Below are positions 1 to 12,860 of a stretch of 64,000 nucleotides of DNA, in pieces. The stretch is from positions 72,664,001 to 72,728,000 of the forward strand of contig NC_043005.1 of assembly GCF_006345805.1 (NCBI RefSeq), given 5' to 3'. The notes below the pieces were generated by a model. It was not told the origin of the DNA. It worked only from the letters and a program-made list of their open reading frames with translations, and searched no databases. A program made the translations under genes and the position numbers. The stretch is from Octopus sinensis (taxonomy: Eukaryota). Position 1 is the stretch's first letter; each line of letters starts with the position of its first letter.

Positions 1-680
1 TTAAACTCTATAACAGAAGCAAGTAAATTGGTTCATCAATTCCACAGTTTATCTCAAGATGTAGGCTTTACTCTTCTTACTTAATGCTAAGGAGCTCAAG
101 TTATTGCCACTTGAATATTACATTTGGCCACAGTAATCCTTCACATCATCTGTGACACAATCATCTGCCAACTCTTATTGTTCAATTTTATTACAGTTTG
201 ACCCTCTGCAATTTATACATATTTATATTAAAGCATGTGGAGGCATATGGCCTATTGGTTAGGGCAGCGGACTTGCAGTCGAGGGATTGTGAGTTTGAAT
301 CACAGACCAAGTGATGTGTGTGTTTATGTTTAAATGCAACCTGTTTGTAGGAATTAATAATATACCAAAATAAGTACTTCTCTGTATTTAGTGTAACCCT
401 TTTTAGATTCTGAGTTGGCTCAGTTATTTTTATCTATCGAAGATTAATAATGTAAAATAAGTATTATACTTAATCTGTCACCCAGCTTAATGAGCCTCCA
501 CTACCAGATTCAGGAGTGTCTTTATTAGAGTCTGTCTTGTTGCAAGCATTCAGAACAGGCCTCCAATTTGAGGGTAATGGTCTTGCTTCCTGCTACTAGT
601 TGCAGACCATGAAAAATAGATGCCATTGGTGTGGCCCTTCCTTACCTAAATCATCTAATAATAGAAATGATAATAAATGT

Positions 681-845
681 AGGTGCAGATGTGGCTGTGT
701 GGTAAGAATCTTGTTTCTCAACCACATAGCTCCAAGTTCAGTCCTACTGTGTGGCACTTCAGGTAACTCCTTCTACATCAGCCTTAAGCTAACCAAAACC
801 TTGTGAGTGGATTTGGTAGATGGAAAATTGAAAGAAGCCAGTCAT
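681..845 (+). mobile_element. tRNA-derived SINE family A, 5' half (3' half displaced to 2277-2500 by nested insertions)
   Basis: gtggctgtgtggtaaga...gttcagtcctactgtgtggcac...gtgagtggatttggtagatggaaa..gaaagaagcc matches the 5' half of the intact copy at 10256-10657; A/B-box-like motifs. Confidence 0.8.
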
Positions 846-852
846 GCATATA

Positions 853-995
853 CAGTTGTGGTCAAAAGTTTAGAATATTTCCTTAAAAATTAAAATTGTT
901 ATGCCCAATATATGTTCTGGCCAAACTTAACTTTAGGCATTTAATGTTAGAATTCTAATTATCAGACCTATGTTCCAAACTTTTGGCCATGACTG
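853..995. mobile_element. Tc1/mariner-type MITE (143 bp)
   Basis: TA|CAGTTGTGGTCAAAAGTTTAGAATA ... TGTTCCAAACTTTTGGCCATGACTG|TA: ~25-bp imperfect TIRs starting CAGT, TA target duplication. Confidence 0.8.
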
Positions 996-1022
996 TAATA
1001 TATAGATAGATATAGACTTATA

Positions 1023-1604
1023 CACAGACATGCAAGAAGTAAATAGACACCTTTACTTTTCAAAATCTTTTATTTGATATTAATTGGTTGAAGGATAGGT
1101 TTTCTTCTAGCTGCTCATCTATAATACCCAAGTTATGCAGATATGTAACACACATTCTTGGACTAACTTCTAGCTGTTTTACAATGTCAGAAGCCTTCAA
1201 ACAGGGTTCATTTTCCACAATTCTCTTCAAACAGTGAAGCTTCCTTTCCGAGGGCCCATGTCGGCTGGGATGAGAATCTGATCTGTTGATTCTTTTCCTT
1301 GGATTCTGAATTGCACTATGATTCTATTAACAGTAACAAGAGGAATTTGAAGATTTTCGGCAATTTTTCGCTGGCTAAGACCAGTCTCAGATTGCCCAAC
1401 AATATGATCTCTTTGAAAATCTGAGAGTTCTGCTGAATTTTTTGTGCATGTCATGGTTACTCTTCGCAAATGTTTAATATAATGGCACCTGGAATGAAAA
1501 AGTATAATTATATTGTAAATTCTACCCCGCTGAAAACATATTAAGATGCTTAGATTAGAAATTTTGAAAATTAAATGTGTCTATTTACTTCCTGCATGTC
1601 TGTG
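1023..1604 (-). mobile_element. Internally deleted Tc1-like DNA transposon retaining the transposase N-terminal HTH
   Basis: ~43-bp TIRs (cacagacatgcaagaagtaaatagacacctttacttttcaaaa / ttttgaaaattaaatgtgtctatttacttcctgcatgtctgtg) flanked by TA. Minus ORF 1227-1469 [41 protein letters not shown] resembles the Tc1 paired-like HTH. No DDE domain. Confidence 0.85.
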
Positions 1605-1608
1605 TATG

Positions 1609-1640
<32 letters not shown>

Positions 1641-1642
1641 TA

Positions 1643-2240
1643 TCATTATAGATATAGGGTAAAAAAATTATTAATTTATAATTAATAGATTTCACCAAGT
1701 AGTTTCAGAATGGAAAGGAAGCATATTCGGTAAAAACTTATACAAGAAGTTTTATATATAACTAGCAATATCGCCCGGCGTTGCTCGGGTTTGTAAGGGA
1801 AATAACTATATAAGCATTTTTAGAGATGTAAAGTATAATAGCCATCTCAATATGGTTAACTACAAAGGTGGGGGTGTTAGTGTAGCTTTATACGTTCTGA
1901 GATTTAATAATGAATTTTTAGAGAGTTACTTCCCTTATATATGCCAAAAATGCATTAAAAATGGGAAAAATTAATGGTAAATTTTTTTTTAAATCGTAGA
2001 CTCATCGTAGACATGCGCTAATACCCAGAAGGGCTCTATATGAATCACGACTATAAGATACCCGGTTTTGGTTAAACTGCACCGCAAAATGTGTGAGTAG
2101 TTAGGAATCTAAATCATAGGAGACAGACAGCACACAACCTCACTTTTATATAAAAAGATTATAACAATAATTAAGGGTTTAGCAACAAGTTGCTTAACCA
2201 CATACCGAAAAATTTAGAAATAGCAGTCAAAAGACTTGTT
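1643..2240 (+). repeat. Unclassified ~200-bp AT-rich dispersed repeat, interrupted by a Helitron
   Basis: Flanks (agggtaaaa...caccaagtagttt...ggtaaaaacttata | aattaagggtttagcaa...ccacataccgaaa..ttagaaatagcagt) align with an uninterrupted copy at 11311-11505 and a partial inverted copy at ~25772-25870. Confidence 0.7.
1762..2158 (-). mobile_element. Non-autonomous Helitron (~400 bp)
   Basis: Minus strand begins 5'-TCTTTTTATATAAAA and ends with GC hairpin cccgagcaacgccggg followed by ...CTAG. Inserted between A and T with no TSD; empty site seen in the paralogous repeat at 11311-11505. Confidence 0.8.
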
Positions 2241-2244
2241 ATAA

Positions 2245-2276
<32 letters not shown>

Positions 2277-2500
2277 GTCTATATGTGTTTGTGTTTCTCG
2301 CCCCACCACTGTTGGTTTGTTTACAACCAGTATTGGTTTGTTTGCATCTCCATAATTTAAGAAATTCAGCAGAAGAGATCAGTACAATAAGTACCAAGCT
2401 TTGAAACAAATGTCTTGGAGTATACATTTTTCAACTAAGTCTTTAAGGTAGTGCCCCAGCATGACCACAGTCCAATGACTGAAACAAGCAAACAATAAAA
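2277..2500 (+). mobile_element. SINE family A, 3' half
   Basis: tgtgtttgtg...acaaccagtattggtttgttt...aataagtacc...gtgccccagcatgaccacagtccaatgactgaaacaag matches the family A 3' end. Confidence 0.75.
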
Positions 2501-2938
2501 TTAAGCATAATAAAAAATATTGAAAAAAATTGATACCAATTGGTCACCTGACTGTAACCTTCCTCAGCAAATATTTGTTTTGAGTATAGGCAAGCTGTTG
2601 TGATGTACACATATGACTGCATATATGAAGAAATGTTTGTGTGAATCCTCGTTTAAATGAATAGCTAGGTAGAAGGAAAGATATTTAATGATGAACTAGA
2701 ATAGAAATGCTTTATTTCGGCAAACAGTTTGTCAAGTACAATAGATTTTAAATATATTGCATTCTACACAGTTTCAATTAAACAGAAATGAGAAAAAGCG
2801 AAAAAATTGCTCAATGTTATCTGAGTTCTGGAAATCAAATATATCTTTAAGTGAAATTAATAAAGGTTTATATATAGTTATATATATTTTTTATACAAGT
2901 TTGTGACTATGCACTTATCATCAATCTATCTATCTATC

Positions 2939-2986
<48 letters not shown>

Positions 2987-3184
2987 ATATGTGTGTGAGT
3001 GTGTGTGTGTGTGTACATATATACATACATATATATATATATGTGTGTAACTGTATATATCTGCGTGTGTGTATATATATATATATATGTATGAATGTAT
3101 GCATGCATGTATGTATGCATGCATGTATGCATATCATCATTAATGTCCATATTACATGCTGGCACGAAATATATATATATACAC

Positions 3185-3228
<44 letters not shown>

Positions 3229-3979
3229 ATGTTTGTGTGTTTGTATATGTGCGTGCATGTATGTATATTCTGTGAACTATTAGATGAAGTTCTTATTAAT
3301 ATTGAGAGACCTTATTGTATTGCTACTATTGGAAACTTTTAGATGATCTGCCGTATTGCTTAATGTTTAAAGAATTATAATAGCCAGAGGACAGTGAAGC
3401 ATAATGCCTAAAGTTCTATTGATTTACTTTGCACACAGCTATTGAGAAAATGCATAAGGTGCAGTGAGATTAAAATATAAAGAGGTGGGTGGGAGTAGAT
3501 CACATAAAATGCAAAGTTTTATTTCATTTTATTATTTTTTTTTGGTGTAGGGAGGATTTTTTATGTATATTAAAATCCATTGTTAATGTACATTTTTTTT
3601 TTGGTTCTCTTTGAATGGAATGACATTCCAAGAATATGCTCTGTCTAATGCTTCACCAATAAAGAAAATATTTAGCAAAATGCATCGTGCATGCAAATAA
3701 CAAGTAGTCCTTTTTCTTCTTTTTACTTTATTTTTTTTTTTGTTACAACTAAGAAAATTCAAAGAAATTTATATATTTGATGTAAGTTTTTTTTTTTTTT
3801 TTTGATTTACTAGATTATTGATATTGAATTCCTTATTTTTTTCTCCATCTTTCTAGAGTGAAGTATTCACCATGGTCTTCTATCCTTGTTGAAATAATTA
3901 AAAATTATTTAGACAAAGACTAATATATTTTTTCATTTTGTTACGGTACATTATTATTTCTAGTTAGTGTTTCTGATGT

Positions 3980-4364
3980 CGGTGCATAGTCTAGTGGCTG
4001 TGTGATAAAAAGCTTGCTTCCCAACCACATTGTCCCGGGTTCAGTCCCAATGCTTGGCACCTTGGGGAAGTGTCTTCTATTAAAGCCTCTGGCCAACCAA
4101 AACCTTGTAAGGAGCTTTGGTAGGTGGAAACTGAAAGAAGCCCGTCGTATATGTGTGTGTAGTGGGGGAGGGGATATGTATGTATTTGTGTGTCTCGCTT
4201 GACAACTGGTGTTGGTGTGTTTACGCCTCAGTAACTTAGCAGTTTGGCAAAAAAGACTGATAGAATAAGTACTAGGCTTACAAAGAATAAGTCCTGGGGT
4301 CGATTTATTTGACTACAAGTAGTGCTCCAGCATGACTGCTGTCAAATGATTGAAACAAGTAAAA
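3980..4364 (+). mobile_element. SINE family A, near full length
   Basis: Colinear with 10256-10657 from gtggctgtgtg to tgaaacaagtaaaag. Confidence 0.85.
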
Positions 4365-5189
4365 GTGTGTGTCCCTGAAGCGGTATTCTGGAGGAGTCAG
4401 GGAGTCATAGATCTAGATAGAAACCAGCTCCTTCTCAACTGGTAAGAAATCTTGAAATAAAACTGGAGATGACATACAAACGTATGGATGGGCTTCTTTC
4501 AAACAAATCTACTAAAAAGGATGTGGTTGGCTCAGGGCCATAGCAGAGTATTATTTGAGGGAAACCGGTTGCTACTTCTTGGCTGTAGAATGACCACGTA
4601 GAAGCCTTTTTATTGGCTTGCATCTATTCCTACTAGTTTTACATTAGGGTTTTAACCAAAGTGTTTGGATCGTTATATAACGAGAGATATTTTGGATGGA
4701 TTTAATTACAGTTTCTGACATTTCATAACACAATTTATTGACTGAAATGAAGGAAAAGTTTTCACATTCGTTTTATGGATTTGTTAATTTCCTTCTCCTT
4801 CTCTTCTTCCTCCTCCTCATCTTCATCGACATCATCATCATCCTCGCTTTCCCTTTTCCTTATGTTGATGTGGTTGCATCTTTTTCTTTTTTTTTTTTGT
4901 ACTTAGATTAGAACTATAAATTATATTATAGCACCACAATCTATATTTTGTCGAATTTAATTAACTCTTATCACTTCTCTTCTGATATTAGTTAGTTGCA
5001 GAAATATAGCCCATAATATTTCAGAAAACCAGCAATTAAAAGTATTAATTATACCTTAATTTCTCCTGTTGCAGTTGGTTCCTATGATGAAACTAATTTA
5101 TTACTCTGAACTGATAAGGGACATGATATGTTGTTACTTATTCTGCTAGAAATAGTAGCCATGTCATATATATACATGTCATATATACA

Positions 5190-5254
5190 AGCATGCATGC
5201 ATGCATGCATGCATACATACATACATACATACATACATACATACATGCATGCAT

Positions 5255-5293
<39 letters not shown>

Positions 5294-5392
5294 ACACACA
5301 CACACACACCACACACACACATACATACATACATACATACATACATACATACATACATACATACATACATACATCATACATACATACATACA
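5190..5392. repeat. Compound microsatellite (GCAT)n/(CATA)n/(CA)n
   Basis: Directly visible tandem units. Confidence 0.95.
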
Positions 5393-7114
5393 TGACTTGC
5401 TCACACAAGAGTTGCAATTTGCCATATTCACTCACAAAGCATCGATTGGTTCAAAGCTGAACCCAAAACAACATAGTTTCAAAGCAGATTTCTTGACCAC
5501 GAGACTATTCTTGCTCTCAGGTTCTGTCCAGTTGAACTGAATTCAAAAATTCAAATCCACATGTCTTTGAAGTGAACATTTTGAAATATCTGTATGTAAT
5601 CTGTTCCCTTCCATACTTAAAGGATAAAGCTTGTTTCTAATTTTGCTACAAAATTTCCATTGTTGCCCACTGTCATCGAAGATAACAAATTTTGAAAGAA
5701 ATCTTTGAAACTGATGATGAATACTCAGAGATTTAACTGCAACTTTTAAACAAATTTTTGTCTAATTAAAATAAGATGATGTGTATACTTACAGTGTAGT
5801 GGTTACGAGTTTAACTAACTCAGTTTACTATGAATAGACTTCATCATATTATTTCAAACACATTCAATTTAAATATTCACTTATTTGGCATTTCATCACA
5901 TATTCTTCTTAACCATTGAGTGTTATCCCAAAAGAGTTCAAGGTTAGCACTAGCAATTAGTAACCAAACTTCAGTTCTCTATAGATATAACTATATTCAT
6001 AAGGTTGGACACTGCCAATGTACCTGTCAAATGGTAAAGATTTTTAAAGAAATTGGTTCCTGAAAGCATATTAATTCTACTATATTTGATATGATGATAG
6101 TTCTCTAAGGAAAAGAACAATCCAAGACAATCAACCAAGACAGTGTATACCTCATTAGCAGTTATTCCATTGTGAATCAAAAAAGTCAATAATGAAAGAC
6201 ACCATTTTTGAGTGATATTCAGTATATTATTCAATATTATTAAATTGTATACGACTTTTCTTTCCTAAATTTCCTGAAAAGTTCATGTCTTCAGCCAAGA
6301 ACTCTAAAATCTTAAGTTGTGTTCAAGATCATAATTTTTGAATTAATTTGTCAAATTGCATAGATTTATACTCAATTACTACTGTATACAAATACCCCAA
6401 ACTCTTCTTTTGTCACGCTCTGTCCCTGTCTATGTCTCTCATCAATACATACATATATATTTTTATACATATATATATGGATGTGTGTGTATGTATGTAT
6501 GTATGTATGTATGTATGTATGTATGTATGTATGTATGTATGTATGTATGTATACAATTGAGAGTCTTCACAATTCTATGCCATATTTGCCATTACTGAAA
6601 ATGTGGATAGAAGACATACATGAATTAGGATGAGTGGTTGAAAATATGAAAAGAAAGCATGTGTTAGAAGAGGGTAGTGGCTTGATCCACTCTGTCCTAC
6701 AAGCTGGCACTGAGCTTAGGAAAGATAACAGATAACAGAAAGACATCAGAGACATGTGAAATGCATGAACTTTGAAAAAAGACCAATATATGAGATATCA
6801 GTGGTCAACCAGCCAATCTGATGCCAATCACTGGCAGAGATCAGTGTACCAACATAAATGTGAATTGCTCATATATTGATCATGTGTGCAGAAAATCTGA
6901 CCACTTGGACATCTGATAAGCAGGATCTAATTAAGCAATTTCACCTTCAGTGCACTTTTTCTGATAAGGGCATTAGCTATTTAGTGCATTTTAGCCTCTA
7001 AAGAGCAGTGTCCATAACAGTCAAGACAATGAAGGACAATGGTGATGATAGTAACAGCTAAACTACAAAGCTGTGAGAATCAATCCAATCGTTTTTATTT
7101 TTTTTGTCAAGGCA

Positions 7115-7560
7115 TCATCCAGTCAGGCTGATTGCCCAGACCAGCCTGACTACCTCTCTCCATCCCTCCCAATCTTCCATTAGTGGTTTTAGGTCTTCAA
7201 CTTGGCATCCAACATCTTCTGCAACCTGTTGTATATACGTCTTCCGTGGTCTTCCAGCTACTGTGGTACCATGATTTGGTGTCCACAGCAACATATTACT
7301 CACAAGGTCTTCTTTACTTCTCCAGCAGTGACCAACAAACCTCAATTTCCTCTCTTCTATGGTTGATGAGAAAGTTGGTACATTCCCATATAACCGTTGT
7401 TTTGTTGGGTGCTCCCTCCAAGAGATGCTGAGGACTGCATGTAGCATTCTAGTGTAGGCACCGTCCAGCATGCACTTGAGTCTCTTGGTGAGAGTCCAAA
7501 CCAAAACTCCATATACAAGCACTGCTGAACTTTTATTGCAGAATAAAATCTTGTTCCATT
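7115..7560 (-). mobile_element. RTE-clade LINE 3' fragment (ORF C-terminus)
   Basis: LVYGVLVWTLTK...LDGAYTRML..VLSISWREHPT...LYG...ERKLRFVGHCWR...LLW.P..G...GRPRKTY...MEDWEGWR: post-RT C-terminal motifs of RTE elements. Confidence 0.85.
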
Positions 7561-7664
7561 GTATGTAGTAGCAACAATATTAAGATGCAAACAATAACAA
7601 ATATTTCTGTATTAAAATCTCAAAGGAATTTGTGTTCCTTCCATTGACATAAAAAAAGAAAATA

Positions 7665-7921
7665 CATAAATGCACCCTTTTTTTAAAGCCTAGCCAGGCT
7701 CATGGGCTCGGTATCCTGGTTTCAATAGCATATGTGTTCCCTAGCTGGACGAGACGCCAGTCCATCACAGCGTTACTCATTTTTGCCAGCTGAGTGGACT
7801 AGAGCAATGTGAAATGAAGTGTTTTGCTCAAGAACACAATGCATCGCCTGGTCCAGGAATTGAAACCACAATCTTACTATCATGATGCTGACATCCTAAC
7901 CAATAAGCTACGCGCCTCCAT
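7665..7921 (-). mobile_element. tRNA-derived SINE family D
   Basis: Minus strand ggaggcgcgtagcttattggttagg...gtttcaattcc (A/B boxes), then gtgttcttgagcaaaacactt and gatggactggcgtctcgtccag. A diverged 5' head is also at ~238-330 (+). Confidence 0.8.
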
Positions 7922-9377
7922 GCCATTGACATCAACTCAACCAAACCACACAGGTGACGCACACCCAGAAATATCCTATCATTACAACATATGAAATATA
8001 CTGTTATGAGCTCAACTATTTTGATGCCAATCTTCATGAGAGTATCGCTGATTCTTTGCCAGAAAAGAGTTTGCTTTTTATGTACTCATATTTAACAGTG
8101 TAAAAGATAGTTATTTTATTAAATGCAGATAAATTTTTGATTATTTTAAAAATTTATTGAAACACCTAAGTAATGTATTTTGTGAGACATATGGTATTTT
8201 GTGAGATGTATTGAGTTAACTTTATTTAAGCAAGATACCAGCACTTACTCCAGTCTTTCTCAATACAAATAAGTTTCAGTAAGAATAGGAAAGGAATGCA
8301 AATGTACAAATACTTGTTCCAATAATCTGTAAATATTCAACAAGGAAAGCCCATCCTACTCATGCTATCATAAGAAAGAGAAAAATTGAGTTGCTGATTC
8401 TACTTGTATGTGACACAATGGTTATCAAGAATTTTTTTCCATTCCTAGTTTACTTAAAATAAAAGTAAAAGAACTGAAAAAAAAAAAAAAACTTAGTTTC
8501 ATACTGAAACTATAAAGATCTAAAATAACATTAGATATATCCTTCACCAGAGCCAGAAGGAAAAGAAATCACTAAGAAAAGAAAATAGAATATTTTTGTG
8601 TGTAAAGCCTCGAAGCCCCTTATATCACACTATTATCATGTTCATGGATATCAGAATTTGGAGCAAATGTAATTTAGTATGATTTTACAACAGTGGAATA
8701 TACAACAGCAGAACAAATAAAATATATTTAACTTTTTTTTTTCTAATTGTAGATACGGATCTGCCAACTTATTTTTTGCATTTCTGCTTCTATTCATGCT
8801 AAAATACTGCTTTTAAATTCCAGCTTTAAACATTAAAATGAATGCTTATATATGTGTGTGTGCGTGTGTGGTGCCCATATATGCATTCACTCAATTCTCT
8901 TTATATATTTATTGCATTAGAAAATCAGCTTTAATACTCCCAACTCCTTTCTACTGCATTTTATATTTTTTTTATTTTTCAAACTCTACGATGTAGTCGT
9001 GACTGTGTTGCTAAAATGTTTGCTTCACAGTCTTATAGTTCCAGATTTGGTCCTACACCAAACATCTTCTAATACAGCTTTGCTTAGATCCATGCACTTT
9101 GAGTGAAATTACGTAGAAGGAGGCCATGCAGAATCCTATCGGATTAACTGCGTCATTTCATATGGAGGTAGACCTAACTTGTTACCCTGTTTAACACCAC
9201 CAAACTCTGCTTGCAAAGACCTGTTGAGAAAAGTGAAATCGAAATCAAATTCGATGACTGGCATCCGTGCTAGTGGAGTGCTAAGAGCACTATCTGAGTG
9301 TGATTGTTGCCAGAGCAGCTAACTGGCTTCTGTGCCGGTGGAACATAAAAAGCACCATTCGAGCGTGATCATTACCT

Positions 9378-9609
9378 ACTTCTTTACTACCCACAAGGGG
9401 CTAAACACAGAGGGGACAAACAAGGACAGACATAGGTATTAAGTCGATTACATCGACCCCAGTGTGTAACTGGTACTTAATTTATCGACCCCAAAAGGAT
9501 GAAAGGCAAAGTCGACCTCGGCAGAATTTGAACTCAGAACGTAGTGGCAGACGAAATACCGATAAGCATTTTACCTGGTGCACTAACGTTTCTGCCAACT
9601 CGCTGCCTT
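9378..9609 (-). mobile_element. SINE family C
   Basis: Minus ggcagcgagttggcagaaacgttag...ttctgagttcaaattctgccgaggtcgactttgcctttcatcc...aagtaccagtt. Shared with copies at 32621-32845, 33575-33785, 41615-41855, 45335-46520 and 48110-48592. Confidence 0.85.
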
Positions 9610-10255
9610 AGACATACCAAATATTATTTTAGTCAGTTTAAGGTGATTTCGTTTGTACTGTAAACCATTTACAATTTCTATGGTGCCCTTCTTCCCTTGA
9701 TGCTCTAAGTATGTTCTTATTTTGCTTAATGGTTAATCCAGCACTGGTTGACTTGTATGTCGGAAAATAGAGTAACCCTTTAGTGCTGTCAGCAGAGCCT
9801 ACTGTGTTGCAAACATTCAAGCTAGGTGTCTGGTTAGAGAACTGCTGAATATCTTGATGCCTAGCTTCCTGTCCATAAGTAATGGATCCTATCTATATTT
9901 ACATCACCACCAGTCTTGTGGTATTGCTCTTCTCATGTCTGACTAGACCATAAAAAAAAAACTATCTTTTCTTTCCTTCCTTTCTCATTTTTTATTCACC
10001 CTCTCTCTTTTCCTGTCTCTCTCCCCTCTCACTCTCTCATAGGCTTTAGTATCTCTTTCACTTCCACCACCTAGTTATCACAGCTAATCCAGTAAGCAGA
10101 CCCCCTACAGTTGCTTGACTTGCTAGAAATGGCAACTGCAAAATCTCTCAAATCACATCACATACCATCATTTTTAGCATAACCTACCAACACAAAAAGA
10201 TACATTGAATAATGCAGTCCTAGATAAATTACCACCAAACTTTGGTGATAATTAT

Positions 10256-10657
10256 AGGCGTAGGAGTGGCTGTGTGGTAAGTAGCTTGCTTACAAACCAC
10301 ATGGTTCCGGGTTCAGTCCCACTGTGTGGCACCTTGGGCAAGTGTCTTCTACTATAGCCTCGGGCCGACCAAAGCCTTGTGAGTTGATTTGGAAGACGGA
10401 AACTGAAAGAAGCCTGTCATATATATGTATATATATGTATATGTGTGTATGTTTGTGCGTCTGTGTTTGTCCCCCCAAATCATTTGACAACTGATGCTGG
10501 TGTGTCTACATCCCTGTAACTTAGTGGTTCGGCAAAAGAAACCAATAGAATAAGTATTAGGCTTACAAAGAATAAGTCCCGGGGTCGATTTGCTCAACCA
10601 AAGGTGGTGCTCCAGCACGGCCACAGTCAAATGGACTGAAACAAGTAAAATAGTAAA
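10256..10657 (+). mobile_element. SINE family A, full length
   Basis: tRNA-like head ggcgtaggagtggctgtgtggtaag...gggttcagtccc, ccttgggcaagtg core, internal TA/TG microsatellite, 3' end tgaaacaagtaaaa. A more diverged copy follows at ~10873-11210. Confidence 0.9.
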
Positions 10658-11275
10658 CTTAAAAGGAATCATTACAAATGAAAAAGATGGGATGATTAAA
10701 GCCAGAACACCTTCGTAAGCCCTGGCGGAGGTGGGGAGGTTCAACTTCATACTTGGGGGACAAGAAGATTGCTATGAGAAATGGCAGGCAGAGCATATTT
10801 CTGCAGAGGGATTTGCATGTAGTTGTGGGGAAAAGGGGCAGGAAGAGAAAGAAAAACAGAAAATGATCAGTTCACAGGAATGGATGTGTGGTTAATAAGC
10901 TCCCATTATAACAATGGAATTTTGGGTTCAGTCACACTGTTTGGCACCTTGGTCAATGTGTCCCTACTATAACCCCAGGCCAACCAATGGATTGTGAGTG
11001 AAATTTCTTAGAGGAAAACGGTGTGGAAGTCCATCATACATGTGTATGTCTGTTTGTATTTGTTCCATCCCTTCCTCAAAATTGACAACTGGTGTTGGTT
11101 CATTTATATTCCTGTAACTTAGTGGCACAGCAAAAGGTACTGATGAAATAAATACCATACTTTAAGAACCTAAGTACAAGAGTTCAGCTGCTTATCTAAA
11201 CCCTTCAAGATTTGGTTGACAGAAACTAACCAACACCTGTTATACATATATATACATACATACATAAATACATAC

Positions 11276-11309
<34 letters not shown>

Positions 11310-11310
11310 C

Positions 11311-11505
11311 AATAATAATAAAGGGTAAAATGAATGAATTAATTAATAATTAATAATTTTACCAAGTAGTTTGTTATGTTAAAAGAGCCATTATCAGTAA
11401 ACTTATAGAAAAATTCTATAATTATGAGTATAATTATAATTAGGGTTCAGCAAAAATTTGCTTCACCACATACCGAAATTTAGAAATAGCAGTTAAAAAC
11501 TACTA
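11311..11505 (+). repeat. Uninterrupted copy of the dispersed repeat seen at 1643-2240
   Basis: Colinear similarity; embedded between (TA)n tracts. Confidence 0.7.
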
Positions 11506-11602
11506 TGTGTATATATATATATATATATATAATATATATACAAATACATATATACTTATACATATATATATGTATACAAATACATATATACTTATATATA
11601 TA

Positions 11603-11674
<72 letters not shown>

Positions 11675-11701
11675 CTATCTATATCTATATCTATCTATCT
11701 A

Positions 11702-11754
<53 letters not shown>

Positions 11755-11755
11755 T

Positions 11756-11788
<33 letters not shown>

Positions 11789-12572
11789 TTATATATATAT
11801 ATATATATATATACTATCTATATATATATGTGTGTGTGATAGTATATTGATCAATCTATCTGTCTGTCTGTCTATATATATATATATATGTATATATATA
11901 CAGGCAGGCAGACAGGTAGGTAGTCAGTCAGACAGATAGATAGATATGCTATTACTTTTTTGTTAATATTGATTTAAAGATCAAGTGAAGCATTATTCAA
12001 ATAGAACTTGATGCCTGATGTGCAATTAGGTGCAATCACTAATTCACCAGCCGAATATAGGTATCCAATATCTTTATTAATGCCAATTCCATATGAGTGT
12101 TTCAATGTCACAGAAATATGGTTAGTGTATTTGTAGCTTTCCATCTGTGGGGGACTGTCATCATACTTAGTCTAAATGTGTGAATAGGTGTGTGTGCGTG
12201 TATGTGTGTGTCCCCACGTGCACATGCACGCAAAGCTTACTTATAAGCAATCTCTTATGTAGAGAATGCAGAAATCATTAGACATGTTTGCAAAGCTCTT
12301 TCTGTCCCTGAATTTTAAAATTTTATTAATGCATATATCTCGTTTTTATTGGTAAGGGCATTGATATTCTATGAAGATTTATATGCATATTTACATGTGT
12401 GTGTGTGTGTGTGTGTGTGTATTTACTTGTGCATTTACATGTATTTGTGTGCATATATGTCAAGCTATCTCTCCCTCTGTCCACCTATGTATCGATGCAT
12501 ATATGTATATAAATCATCATCATTTAGCGTCCACTTTCCATGCTAGCATATGTATATATATATATATATGTG

Positions 12573-12621
<49 letters not shown>

Positions 12622-12746
12622 TATATATAAATACATATATATGCACACATATATATATATATACTATCTATATCTATATCTATCTATCTATATATATATA
12701 TACACTTATATATACATATACATATATATACACATACATGCACATA

Positions 12747-12785
<39 letters not shown>

Positions 12786-12860
12786 TATATATATCTATGC
12801 ATATATATATGTATATCAATAAATCTCTCTATCTATCTATCTATCTATCTATCTCTCCAT
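11506..12860. repeat. Region dominated by long degenerate (TA)n/(TCTA)n microsatellites (11506-11900, 12550-12860)
   Basis: Directly visible. Confidence 0.9.

Noticed and set aside
3754-3787. 28-nt micro-exon candidate (polyT...AAG| ... |GTAAGT)
   Set aside because: Not frame-preserving; the only frame joining the 35450 exon contains a TGA, and such signals are frequent by chance in T-rich DNA.
5704-5749. CTGATGA-tga-atac-tca-GAGA hammerhead-like string
   Set aside because: GAGA instead of GAAA, no NUH cleavage triplet and no stem III.
7860-7921. tRNA-like sequences at SINE heads (also ~10256 and ~16560)
   Set aside because: Only A/B-box remnants fused to SINE bodies; no complete cloverleaf.
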